This document shows, in pieces, positions 25,177 through 37,000 of a DNA stretch of 64,000 nt. The DNA is from Eledone cirrhosa (Eukaryota). Position 1 is the stretch's first letter; the number at the start of each line of letters is the position of its first letter. The notes beneath the pieces are model-generated. The model did not search any database and had not been told where the DNA came from. It saw nothing but the letters and a program-made list of their open reading frames with translations. The stretch covers positions 56,172,001 through 56,236,000 of the forward strand of contig OZ024740.1 in NCBI GenBank assembly GCA_964016885.1, written 5' to 3'. A program made the translations under genes and the position numbers.

Positions 25177-26362
25177 TTGAATTAGTATGGTATAGACAAG
25201 TACATATGTTATTTAGGTGTATGATATTGTCAATACTCTGATATGCCCAGTTCCTTGTTGGGTTGTTAATTCACTGGGGAACTGGAGTCATATGAATTCA
25301 AACAAACGAATTTTCGTGTCACAGGTCCCCTTCTCCTCTCATTGGTCAGTTATTAGAACATTCCTCATTCTAAGTGTTGTTATTGTTGGAGTTAGCTTAA
25401 AAATTGATAAAATGGTAGAAGGGACAAGGTGTTAAAGGAACAAAATAACAAAAAAGTGTCAAACTTCCCGTTGTTCAGTTCTGAGAGCATTCCTCAGTCA
25501 GAAGTCTATAGAATTCTTTCTGGGGTGAGGCTCCCTGTAGTGTTTTTGCCTGCTATTGTTCAGTACATTTGACCTCCACCATTATTTTGGTACTGTTGTT
25601 GTTGTAGTGGTCAGCTTATATCTTGCTGCTGCTAACAATTTAGAAGTATCCAGTTTGTGATTTTTCTTCATCCCTCCCGCCACCATCGTAGTGGTGGTGG
25701 TGGGGGGGGGGGTTCATTCATGTATATGAAGAAATATAACGCAATAAATGAAGAAAACAGAAAATAAATAAATAATATAATAAAATAAATTAATTAATAT
25801 AATTTGTGTAATTTGAAAATAAATAAATAAATATAGAATAAAGAATAAAGAGTAAATGAGAGATTGGTGAAAAAGTAATGATAATGTATATGGAGAAGTA
25901 AGAAATAATGTAGGATAAAGTCTGTGTGTGTGTGCTATAACCAATCTCAAGGTCAGAATATGTTGGATAGATTGGTATGATACAAGATGTTAAGATGAGA
26001 TATTCAATGTGTTTGTGTTATAATCTATCTCAACTTAAAATAAATATAAGGTGATACAGTGAAGAGGGCAGAAAACAAATAACAAATTAATAAAGAGAAA
26101 TCAAGATTTAAGATTGGAACTTGAAAGTCAGAAATCTGGTAAATTAAAAGATGTTGGCCAAATTATTATGGCTGTGTCCGATTCTATCTCTAGGCTATCA
26201 TGGTGTCTGCTCCGCCTGGGTTGTTCCCTGTGGCTTGAGGGGAGTTCACAACCTAGGGTGTTGTTATTGCCCATATAGCTTGAGGGAGGTCTGGCCGAGA
26301 GGTGTTTTCATGTTCTGTAGAAGTCCCTATAGCTTGAGGGGAGTTCACATCTTCTTGTGTTG

Positions 26363-27012
26363 CTACTGTCCATATATTTTGAGAAAGGTCCCGGCTCTAA
26401 GGTGTCTGCATGTCCCGAAGAAGTCGGTTCTGAGGTTTATCAGGCCGCTTCCACCTCTTAGTATCTCGAGGGTCTCGTTCAGGCATAGTTTGCATATGCA
26501 AGATCCCCCTTTATCGGGTGGTACTTTCCTGATTATGTACCAGGCCAGAGAGTATGGGGTCCTGTCCAGCTTAAGCTTCCAGATCAGGTCGGAGAGAGCT
26601 GTGCTTTTCCTTTTGGCCTCCTTCTTGAATGAATGGCGATGGTTGTACCAGCGGTCCTTAAAGCTCGTTGATGTGGCTCCTATGTAGATGTGTTCGGAGT
26701 TGGGGGTTTTAACCCTACAACCGTACACTAAGTTCTTCTTGAGACATTCATTACCAAGGGGGCATGATTCGGGGTTTCTGCAGTTGCAGACGGTGGTCGG
26801 CCTCTGCGTGCCTAGATTAGGGTTCTCATTATGTTACATGTTGGTCTTCCCCCATGCTCGGTGGGGGGTCCTTGGGTCTGTTTGTGTTTCTTGGGTGGGC
26901 TCTGGGTCCCCCCTTCCCTCCTTTCACATGGTTCTGCTGAGTGTTTGTATTGCCATCTTCTGGTTGTGTGTGGTTTTTAAGCCTACTTCTGTTGATGCTA
27001 GCTATGTGTTGG
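26363..27012 (-). pseudogene. GIY-YIG endonuclease fragment, inverted arm
   Basis: Mirror of the sense copy; keeps CNCRNPESCPL but has a 2-bp difference near 26835 that shifts the frame. Confidence 0.85.
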
Positions 27013-27014
27013 CA

Positions 27015-27758
27015 CCTGACAAATGCTTCCCGAGTGACCACAGATACCACAGGATCTTCAACAGACACACTGTGAAGCTTTCGTATTCCACCACGAGAAA
27101 TTTGGCCCAACACATAGCTAGCATCAACAGAAGTAGGCTTATAAACCACACAAAACCAGAAGATGGCAATACAAACACTCAGCAGAACCATGTGAAAGGA
27201 GGGAAGGGGGGACCCAGAGCCCACCCAAGAAACACAAACAGACCCAAGGACCCCCCACCGAGCATGGGGGAAGACCAACATGTAACACATAATGAGAACC
27301 CTAATCTAGGCACGCAGAGGCCGACCACCTTCTGCAACTGCAGAAACCCCGAATCATTCCCCCTTGGTAATGAATGTCTCAAGAAGAACTTAGTGTACGG
27401 TTGTAGGGTTAAAACCCCCAACTCCGAACACCTCTACATAGGAGCCACATCAACGAGCTTTAAGGACCGCTGGTACAACCATCGCCATTCATTCAAGAAG
27501 GAGGCCAAAAGGAAAAGCACAGCTCTCTCCGACCTGATTTGGAAGCTTAAGCTGGACAGGACCCCATACTCTCTGGCCTGGTACATAATCAGGAAAGTAC
27601 CACCCGATAAAGGAGGATCTTGCATATGCAAACTATGCCTGAACGAGACCCTCGAGATACTAAGAGGTGGAAGCGGCCTGATAAACCTCAGAACCGACTT
27701 CTTCGGGACATGCAGACACCTTAGAGCCGGGACCTTTCTCAAAATATATGGACAGTAG
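27015..27758 (+). pseudogene. C-terminal linker + GIY-YIG endonuclease of a PLE (probably Naiad-type), 5'-truncated
   Basis: HRIFNRHTVKLSYS, CNCR..PL..CL, LVY..YIGATSTSFKDRWYNH, TALS..IWKLK, CKLCLNE, LINLR..CRH. Clade assignment is from motif recollection only. The part of ORF 26688-27014 is antisense read-through of the inverted arm. Confidence 0.85.
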
Positions 27759-28967
27759 CAACACAAGAAGATGTGAACTCCCCTCAAGCTATAGGGACTT
27801 CTACAGAACATGAAAACACCTCTCGGCCAGACCTCCCTCAAGCTATATGGGCAATAACAACACCCTAGGTTGTGAACTCCCCTCAAGCCACAGGGAACAA
27901 CCCAGGCGGAGCAGACACCATGATAGCCTAGAGATAGAATCGGACACAGCCATAATAATTTGGCCAACATCTATAACACAAACACTTTTAATTTACCAGA
28001 TTTCTGACTTTCAAGTTCCAATCTTAAATCTTGATTTCTCTTTATTAATTTGTTATTTGTTTTCTGCCCTCTTCACTGTATCACCTTATATTTATTTTAA
28101 GTTGAGATAGATTATAACACAAACACATTGAATATCTCATCTTAACATCTTGTATCATACCAATCTATCCAACATATGCTGACCTTGAGATTGGTTACAG
28201 CACACACACACACACTTTATCCTACATTATTTCTTACTTCTCCATATACATTATCATTACTTTTTCACCAATCTCTCATTTACTCTTTATTCTTTATTCT
28301 CTATTTATTTATTTATTTTCAAATTACACAAATTATATTAATTAATTTATTTTATTATATTATTTATTTATTTTCTGTTTTCTTCATTTATTGCCTTATA
28401 TTTCTTCATATACATGAATGAACCCCCCCCCCCCTCCCACCACCACCACCACTACGATGGTGGCGGGAGGGATGAAGAAAAATCACAAACTGGATACTTC
28501 TAAATTGTTAGCAGCAGCAAGATATAAGCTGACCACTACAACAACAACAGTACCAAAATAATGGTGGAGGTCAAATGTACTGAACAATAGCAGGCAAAAA
28601 CACTACAGGGAGCCTCACCCCAGAAAGAATTCTATAGACTTCTGACTGAGGAATGCTCTCAGAACTGAACAATGGGAAGTTTGACACTTTTTTTGTTATT
28701 TTGTTCCTTTAACACCTTGTCCCTTCTACCATTTTATCAATTTTTAAGCTAACTCCAACAATAACAACACTTAGAATGAGGAATGTTCTAATAACTGACC
28801 AATGAGAGGAGAAGGGGACCTGTGACACGAAAATTCGTTTGTTTGAATTTATATGACTCCAGTTCCCCAGTGAATTAACAACCCAACAAGGAACTGGGCA
28901 TATCAGAGTATTGACAATATCATACACCTAAATAACATATGTACTTGTCTATACCATACTAATTCAA

Positions 28968-29022
28968 ACTGCCTGAAGAGGTCACAGCCAAAGAGGGCTG
29001 TCACTGAAATATATATAGCAGT
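28968..29022 (+). ncRNA. Minimal type I hammerhead ribozyme in the pLTR
   Basis: ACTGC-CTGAAGA-G-GTCACAGCC AAAGAG GGCTGTCAC-T-GAAA-TATATA-TA-GCAGT: helix I ACTGC/GCAGT, helix II ACAGCC/GGCTGT, minimal palindromic helix III. Confidence 0.82.
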
Positions 29023-29203
29023 AATAAACGAAGCTAAATTTTAATCATTTGACTTTTATTTAACTTTATTTTACACTACTCCGGAGTAACCAAACCAACC
29101 TGCGCACTTCTTCGAGTGCTCCAGCCTGCATACTGAGGTGTCGGTATACAACGAACATAAACTCAAAATCTCTATATATATATATATATACGTATATATA
29201 TGT

Positions 29204-29267
<64 letters not shown>

Positions 29268-29276
<9 letters not shown>

Positions 29277-29908
29277 TCAAAAATGGCGAGCTGTGTTGTT
29301 GCAATTAAGTATAATAAATGAATGAAGAATTAGAAATAGACGTTAGGAATATCCGTCATCAGTTGTCTACTAGCCATCATAGGTATTTCTTCGCATTACA
29401 GACAATATACCTCCAGCTAGGGCTATACAATAACTGAAATAAGTTATTGGGATAAAAAGAGTTGGGTGGAGAAAGAAGACATGTAAACAGACACGAATGG
29501 TGAGGCAACGTAAAGAGAGGAAACAAATGAAAGGATCAAGTCAATAATTCATTTCGAACATAAGAACGGTCGTATTTGAACGAGCAGATAAAGACACATC
29601 TTAGAAGTACTGATGTGAGCGAGAAAAAGGATCTCTTGCGGTGTGGGACGATGGAGGAAGTGAGAGAGAGAGTGGGTAGCAGAGAGTGAGTGAGTGAAAG
29701 TGCGAGGAAGAAGCTAGCCGAGAGAGGGTGACTAGCAGAGGGGATGAGTGAAGGTAAGAGTGAGAAGGAGAGAGAAGGGGGAGAGGGAAAGATGATAGCA
29801 GTAATGGAAGAGAACAAAGACAGGTCACAGCGAAGGGGAAAGCATATATGAATCAAAAATGGCGAGCTGTGTTGTTGCAATTAAGTATAATAAATGAAAG
29901 AAGAATTA
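29268..29908. repeat. ~640 bp unit with ~63 bp terminal direct repeats
   Basis: TATATGAATCAAAAATGGCGAGCTGTGTTGTTGCAATTAAGTATAATAAATGAA.GAAGAATTA at ~29269 and ~29845; GA-rich interior; a CTGATGA on the minus strand at ~29355-29361. Confidence 0.7.
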
Positions 29909-29916
29909 TACGTATA

Positions 29917-31064
29917 CTAGCAGCAGTACCCAGCGTTGCCTGGGTAGGTAAAATAATATCTGCTTTGATGAAAAGGTGTTGATCTTAGCGACTGCGAGTT
30001 TCTTGAAAATCGGTCGTAAGGTGTAGCAAATAGCGAAATGTTGAGTGAAATCGTATGGAATATGTGGGAGGTGGAAACAATCGTATTTTTAAGAGCTAAA
30101 CGGCTGCCACGCCGTCCCTGAAGAAAAAAATGCAAAGTCTAAAGCTACTATAAGAAGTGCAATGATAGGTTCTATCGTAGTATAAAAGTTGAACCAAATA
30201 AATTGATTTCTGTGTGAGGTGGAGCCGAAGTTTCGAATTTGAAAGAAATCGGTTGAAAAATGTGGGAGCTAATGATAGGTCGCCGTCCCTGAACAAAAAA
30301 TGCAAAGTGTAAAGCTACTATAAGATGTGCAATTACAGGTTCTATCGTAGTATAAAAGTTGAACCAAATAAATTGATTTCTGTGTGAGGTGGAGCCGAAG
30401 TTTCGAATTTGAAAGAAATCGGTTGAAAAATGTGTGAGCTAGAGCCGAAAAGGCGGAAATTTGTGCGAAAAGGTGGTATTTTCGAATATTTCAGCGGCTG
30501 CCACGCCGTTTCTGAACAAAAAATCCAAAATGTAAAGCCACTTTAAGACGTGAAATAATCAGATCTAGCGTAGTGTAAAATTTGAACAAAGTAGGTTGAT
30601 TAATGTGGGAGCTAGAGCCGAAAAAGTGGAAATTTGAGTCTAAAAGTGCTATTTTTGAATATTTAAGCGGCTTCCACGCCGTCCCTGAACAACAAATGCA
30701 AAATATAAAGCCATTACAGGATGTGCAATGATAAATTCTATTTTGCTTTAAACGAAATTTGAACGAAATCGGTGGCAAAATATGGGAGCTAGAGCCAAAA
30801 ACCTTATTTTTCGATACCTAAAAAATGTGACCCCCTCCTCACCCCACCTATCGATTTTTTATCTGCAGAATGACCAGAATGACCCCGGAATAAAAAAAAA
30901 AAAACGTACGCTGATTATAGAAAACACTCCCCGATGACTAATCTATGAGCCTGTAAAGTTTCACGAAAATCGGTCGTAAGATGTAGGCCCCTATAGGTAA
31001 TACACTGACACACACAGACACACACACACACACATATACTTAATTTTATATATATATATACAGA
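29917..31064 (-). mobile_element. Non-autonomous Helitron with internal ~170-210 bp tandem repeats
   Basis: The minus strand starts A|TC (31064) and ends with hairpin TACCCAGGCAACGCTGGGTA then CTAG|T (29917); no TSD; about four diverged units at ~30095-30800. Confidence 0.8.
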
Positions 31065-31514
31065 TATATATATGCATATCACTTTAGTTTTATACATTTA
31101 TGTATGTATGACCGAACGTATGGAAAAGAGTTCAAATATCTGAAAATATCCATGTGTATATGTTAATAAATGTAAGCGTCTATATGTATGTGAGTATGGA
31201 GTGAGATCGAGTGGGAGAGGAAGAGAAAGAGAAGGTGGGGGAGTTAAGAATTGTGCAAGATTTTGTGTGTGACAGTATGTATGTGCTTAAAAGTGTAGGA
31301 GTACTAGAAGACAGTCATATGTTTGCTGGATGACACATTTCAAGTGTAAGAAAACAATTGATTGCAACAAAAATTGTAGGAATAGTTGTACATACAAAAC
31401 CGTTTGTATTTGTTCCTGTCTTCGTGTAAATATGTGTGTGTATGTGTGTGTTTGTGTTAGAATGAGAGTGAAGAGTTATTTCCCTTCACGTAGGTTTAAG
31501 CCATTCTTATAGAT

Positions 31515-31856
31515 CAGAGGTTCTTAAAATGTAGGGGCCACCGCCCCACTCACGGCCACGTATTACCCTCAGCGCCCCACCCTCAGCGCCCCATCCCTAT
31601 TTCCAGAGAGATCTGATTACATGCAAATTATAAATTATATATAATAAATAAAATCGTTAATTTATATATAATAAATATAATATATACTATGTATAAATAA
31701 ATATTATATATTTTTTTTATTTTACTACATTTATATATTTATTATACTCGTATATGTATCATTTGATATTTAATATATTATTGTATCATCTCTACCTCCC
31801 CTTACCTAGCGCCCCTTGGACCTTCTCAAAGCCCCCCTCCTCTTTTAGAACCCCCG
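31515..31856. mobile_element. hAT (Charlie-like) MITE
   Basis: Imperfect TIRs CAGAGGTTCTTAAA / TTTTAGAACCCCCG; perfect 8-bp TSD TTATAGAT. Confidence 0.85.
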
Positions 31857-32049
31857 TTATAGATCTTAAAGACGAGTAACTAAAAAACCAAACAAATATG
31901 TCTAAGTCAGCAAATATTTTAAAGTTTGCTACGTGAGAGTTATGAACTATCGACAGTCGATCGACTTTCGTAAAATCGGACCGTGTAAACAATGTTTCCG
32001 TTGGTCTTTCCAATTGCTAATACTATCTATCGGTCGCAACTCCAGGTAG

Positions 32050-32168
32050 AAGGAACAACGTGAAATATAGTGTCTTGCTCAAGAACATAACGTATCGCCC
32101 GGTCCAGGAATCGAACTCACAACCTCACGATTGTGTATCCAATCCTCTAATCACTCAGCCACGCGCCT
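32050..32168 (-). mobile_element. tRNA-derived SINE head of a second (CORE-like) family
   Basis: The minus strand reads GGCGCGTGGCTGAGTGA..GTTCGATTCC..CTTGAGCAAGACACT; fragments also at ~39130-39270, 45055-45222, 58335-58396 and 60970-61055. Confidence 0.72.
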
Positions 32169-32547
32169 TCACAGAACTATGAACTATTGTTTCCCTAAAT
32201 TACTCACATACATACATACGCATACACACACACACATACATACATACATATATATAAAAACAAATAACGAAACGAAATTAAATTTCGTTTCGCTTCTAAC
32301 TCACTTTTGTATGACTGACGCTTAAACAATTAAGTTAAAGTGTACATCTACATATGTATACGGAAGTATTAGTATGCATATAAATACACATATGTATACA
32401 TATGTACATGTACCGAGCTTTTCACTAGACACTTTGCAGTGAGTGTCCAGCTAGTCTGTATGTAAACACACAGACGAACCGGGTTTTAAAGTCATACGGA
32501 TTTTCAAGGAAACACACTTCCTCTATTCTCCGGAGAGCCAGACAGGA

Positions 32548-32590
32548 ATATTGGACTAGTTTCGATGTTATTACATCTCATCAGCAATAT
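32548..32590 (-). ncRNA. Minimal type I hammerhead ribozyme
   Basis: ATATTG-CTGATGA-GATGT AATA ACATC-GAAA-CTAG-TC-CAATAT: 6-bp helix I, 5-bp helix II, palindromic ACTAGT helix III, GUC site. Confidence 0.88.
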
Positions 32591-32608
32591 ATACCTATCT
32601 TCTGGCTT

Positions 32609-32645
32609 CTTACTCGGTCCTCAATGCTAAACTAATTCATCGCCG

Positions 32646-32681
<36 letters not shown>

Positions 32682-32718
32682 CGGCGATGAATTAGTTTAG
32701 CATTGAGGACCGAGTAAG
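32609..32718. repeat. Perfect palindrome: 38-bp arms around (TA)17
   Basis: CTTACTCGGTCCTCAATGCTAAACTAATTCATCGCCGC-(TA)n-GCGGCGATGAATTAGTTTAGCATTGAGGACCGAGTAAG. Confidence 0.92.
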
Positions 32719-32837
32719 TTAGATTGCAGATATAAAAGACAGCGAGAAGCGAAAACCAACCAAACAGTGAGTGTGTTCTGTTATTAATTCTGGCAATATT
32801 ACGCAAATATGACCCTCCCCAAGTATAACAATATATA

Positions 32838-32929
<92 letters not shown>

Positions 32930-33078
32930 CACACACATATACATACATATATGCATTTTATACATACATGCTTACATACACATACACACATACATACATA
33001 AATACATACACACACAAATATACATGCATACATACACACACGTACATACATACATACATACATACATACATACATACA

Positions 33079-33112
<34 letters not shown>

Positions 33113-33135
33113 CACACACATACATATATACATAT

Positions 33136-33484
33136 ATGATGGCTGCCCCGTCGTTATCGAGTATGGCCATTGCACGATATACCATTATTAATAATTATTA
33201 ATTAATTCTATCGTGCAATGCCTGTGCGTGAAGATATTTTTTAAAGTGGGGAAAGACTGTGCACTGAGCCAATCCCACACTCTGAGCGACAGTAGCTATC
33301 ATCCGAAAAGAAGAAAAGATCAACATCATCGGTAACTACTGAGCCGCAGGTTTTATGTCGGAGTTAACCCAGTTTCCTGAGTTGCCTTCTAGAAGAATGC
33401 CCTGACAAAGGCTAGGGGTCCTTCAATCCAGTGGTTTAACCGCGCGATCGGGTGTCCAGCCCGACCTTTTCTATATCCCCACGC
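33136..33484 (-). mobile_element. RTE-derived internally deleted element, family B
   Basis: 33210-33484 matches the RTE 5'UTR at 50605-50881; the 3' stem-loop ATGGCCATACTCGATAACGACGGGGCAGCCAT resembles family A; lies in TATG/TACA repeats. Confidence 0.75.
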
Positions 33485-33560
33485 ATATACATACAAATGC
33501 ACTCATGTATATACACATATACATACATATGTACATGTGTATATATACATATTTACACAC

Positions 33561-34318
33561 TTTTGGATGGCCGTTGACTCTTATGAATTCTTCCGCCCTT
33601 TGTCAGGTTTTGTTTTTTGTCCTGCAGGGTATCCAAAATCACCCTCTTCACCAAGTAAACTTGGTGGGGTTGCCGGTTTAGTCACCAACACCCGACCATG
33701 TGACAGGTTGTACTGGGTTACATGTTACCATTAGCACTCAAGAGTGATCCGACATACATACATACATACATGGTGGCTGCCAACTCGTTTTCGAGTACGG
33801 CCACTACTTTATATCCATGTAGGAGAACCCCTACCGAAGCGCTGAACGAGTGTGACTTTTTAGTCCAGCCAGCGACTTGAAAACTCTGGTACAAACACTA
33901 CACTTGTGACAATTATTGACACATAGTGCTGGGCCCATGGTACCATGTGACGACAAGTGAAGAGAGATCTCCAGATATAAAGCAATGCCTGTGCCGTGAA
34001 GCTTTTATAGTGAGCAAAGGCACTGCACAAATCCAGTCCCACTCTCTTAACCAAGATGATATTTACCAAAAAGAACAAGTCAACATCATTGGATACCATC
34101 AGGGTTGCAGGTGTTATATCAGAGTTTTCCTTCTCCTAGAATTCTGCCTTGACAAAGGCTAAGGGGTCATCTCTCCCGTTGATTTTGGATGGCCATTGAC
34201 TCTTAAGAGCTCCTTTGCCCTTTGACAGGTTTTGTTTTTAGTCCTGCAGGATGTCCAAAGTCACCCTCCTCACCAAGAAACCTTGGTGGGTTGCCAGTTT
34301 AGTCGCCAACGACCCGAC
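33561..34318 (-). mobile_element. Family A: 5' fragment (33561-33752) and near-complete copy (33770-34318) separated by (CATA)n
   Basis: High identity to 41252-41860; (CATA)n on both sides of the second copy. Confidence 0.85.
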
Positions 34319-34909
34319 ATACATACATACATACATACATACATACATACATACATACATACATACATACTTGTCTACTCGTTAGACGAGCATGGCACCC
34401 CTGTCTTATACCTGATTGTTTCTGCGAACGTGAGATCAGCAGTGACTTTTGAAGGCGACGAGAAACTTACAGAATGTGCTACAAAGACACCAAAGTAAAT
34501 CCCCCTGTTCGGCCTGACAGTAAAAATAGGCACAATCTGTATTTTACTAACGAAGCAGAACTTAGATTAAATTACTTGATGAGGACAATATACGTATATC
34601 ATTACGTTTTCGACATTTTAAGTCGAACAATATGTGACGAAGATGGCCAGCTAAACTTATTCCATTGAGTTGTTTGTCTTGGAAAGTGTGTATATTAGAA
34701 GGATCGCTTGAAGATCTATATGGAATATACTGAAAGAGCGTGTTGGAAAATATTTTTAATAACTTCGATATTTTCTTATAAGATACCATAACCAATACGA
34801 TTTCACATATAAAAAGATTGACAAATTTAGAAGATACAAATAGATAGACATTTGAATTGCTGATATATGTCAACCATTGGCAGATACCTTATCTAACCCA
34901 GATGCTTAG

Positions 34910-34992
34910 TATATATATATATATATCTGTGTGTGTATATATATATATATATATGTGTGTATATATGTGTTCTTGTGTGTGTATGTACACAC

Positions 34993-35074
<82 letters not shown>

Positions 35075-35130
35075 TTATTTATATGTATATATATATATGT
35101 GTATATATATATATGTATATATATATTTAT

Positions 35131-35228
<98 letters not shown>

Positions 35229-35255
35229 GTATATATATATATGTATATGTATATA

Positions 35256-35305
<50 letters not shown>

Positions 35306-35371
35306 CATATGTATATATATATATATATATATTATGTATATATATACATATGTATATATATATATGTGTAA

Positions 35372-35468
<97 letters not shown>

Positions 35469-35488
35469 CATATGTATATATATGTGTG

Positions 35489-35556
<68 letters not shown>

Positions 35557-35779
35557 TATCTGTGTGTGTGCGCGTGTGTGTTTATATCTGTGTGTGTGTG
35601 TACTTAAACCCTGTCACGTATAACCTCGCTTGGTATACTAGACTAGAAAATCTACTGAATGTTCTAGTTTATCTCCATCAGTAAAGAATCAGTAAAGAAT
35701 ATATATATATATATTTATATACATATATGTATATATAGATATATGTATATATATATATATATATATATACATATATGTG

Positions 35780-35852
<73 letters not shown>
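34910..35852. repeat. Long interrupted (TA)n microsatellite field
   Basis: About 900 bp of TA with TG/CA interruptions and one ~100 bp unique island. Confidence 0.95.
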
Positions 35853-35853
<1 letters not shown>

Positions 35854-35952
35854 TTTAGGTTTGTTGGTTCACCACTGGATAGAACTGGTCCTCTTGTCTC
35901 TGATTTTCAGCCCAATGGATTTTATCTGTTATATTCCTTTGTTATATTTCGA

Positions 35953-36010
35953 ATACCTGATGATATTACCGGATTCATACTGAACCCGGTCATTGAAATG
36001 ATCTTAGTAT
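35953..36010 (+). ncRNA. Type I hammerhead ribozyme (probably decayed) in a ~200 bp island between (TA)n tracts
   Basis: ATAC-CTGATGA-TATT-ACCGG-ATTCA TAC TGAAC-CCGGT-CATT-GAAA-TGATCT-TA-GTAT. Confidence 0.65.
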
Positions 36011-36808
36011 AATAAACCTTTCAAGGATTTACACCAGTCCAGCCTCCTGTTATTTTATAATATATATACATATATATATATATACATTAATATATACATA
36101 TATATACATACACCCACGCATACTAAACGACACACAAACAAACGAACACACTCACACAGTCACATTATAAGAAATTATTCATTTAGAAATACATGGCTTT
36201 TTATTCAGGGTTAGAATGAAAGAAACAAAGAAAGAATGAAAGAAAGAAAAAAGAAAGAAAGAAAGAATGAAAGAAAGAAAAGAAAATAGAAAAAAATGAA
36301 AGCGAGAGAGAGAAAGAGAGAAAGAACAACAGAAAGAAAGAAAGAAAGAAAGAGAAAACAAAGAAATAAAGAAAGAGGTACGTAGTAGCACATAGATAGT
36401 TGAAACTATATAGTACAATAGCTCCAGTCTGGCGTCTTTAATATTTCTGCTAATTAAGTAATAATAGTTTCTATTATAGGCATAATGCTACAATTTGTTT
36501 CCTGGGGAGTATAATAGTTAAATCGAACCCAATATTTGATTAGTACCTTATTGTATCAAACCTCGATAAAAGAAATGCGATGTGGAATCCGGAGGTAATT
36601 GAACACGGAATATAAAGCGACGCTACTAAATACCGGAAGGAATTTTGGGGAAAAATCTCCCGAGTCTGCCATCCACCAATTTTAATGTGAAATAATATTA
36701 ATTTAATAACAGTTGTGCTGATGCCAGAGAGCCGAGTTCTCTTCCTAATTTTGATTTACAATTCCAACCATGCCAAGTATATGTTGTTATTTGTGATCAT
36801 GGAAATAC

Positions 36809-37000
36809 CAGACCTGCCAACCTCTAAAATCCCAAACGGGGAGGACCATGAAAAAAAGTGTCCCAAAACGAAGAGAAATGAGGCAAAATGGGGAGATTTT
36901 ACATAATGAAAGCTTTACCCAGTTTCTCAAGAGAAGATAGCTCTCACCCCCAAAGTGGGTGGGAGATCTCCCCGTCAAACGGGAAGAGTTGACAAGGCTA
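36809..37000. mobile_element. Old hAT-type (Tip100-like) MITE
   Basis: Imperfect TIRs CAGACCTGCCAACCTCT / AGAGTTGACAAGGCTA, subterminal GGGAG motifs, partial TSD AAATAC. Confidence 0.55.

Larger units (their letters stand above)
25071..29172. mobile_element. Penelope-like fold-back element: sense fragment 27013-29172 plus inverted copy 25071-27012
   Basis: 25071-27012 is the reverse complement of 27107-29073 with a 94 bp spacer; each arm has a GIY-YIG coding segment and an HHR; flanked by (TA)n. Confidence 0.92.

Noticed and set aside
26688-27014. N-terminal part of the 356-aa ORF as a novel domain fused to GIY-YIG
   Set aside because: It is the antisense reading of the inverted arm; the same applies to the mirrored 178-aa ORFs at 26151 and 27434.
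25071-29073. Palindrome as a fold-back sequencing chimera
   Set aside because: The arms differ by substitutions and multi-base indels, and the layout matches smaller PLE inversions in the window. Long-read confirmation is still desirable.
34370-34498. Possible plus-strand exon (LDEHGTPVLYLIVSANV...)
   Set aside because: No convincing acceptor and no recognisable protein motif.
35632-35695. Degenerate hammerhead on the minus strand (CTGATGG..AAAACTAGAA..TTCTAGTC)
   Set aside because: Both core boxes deviate and helix II is missing; the similar CAGATGAG..CGAAA at ~46805-46835 also lacks helix I.
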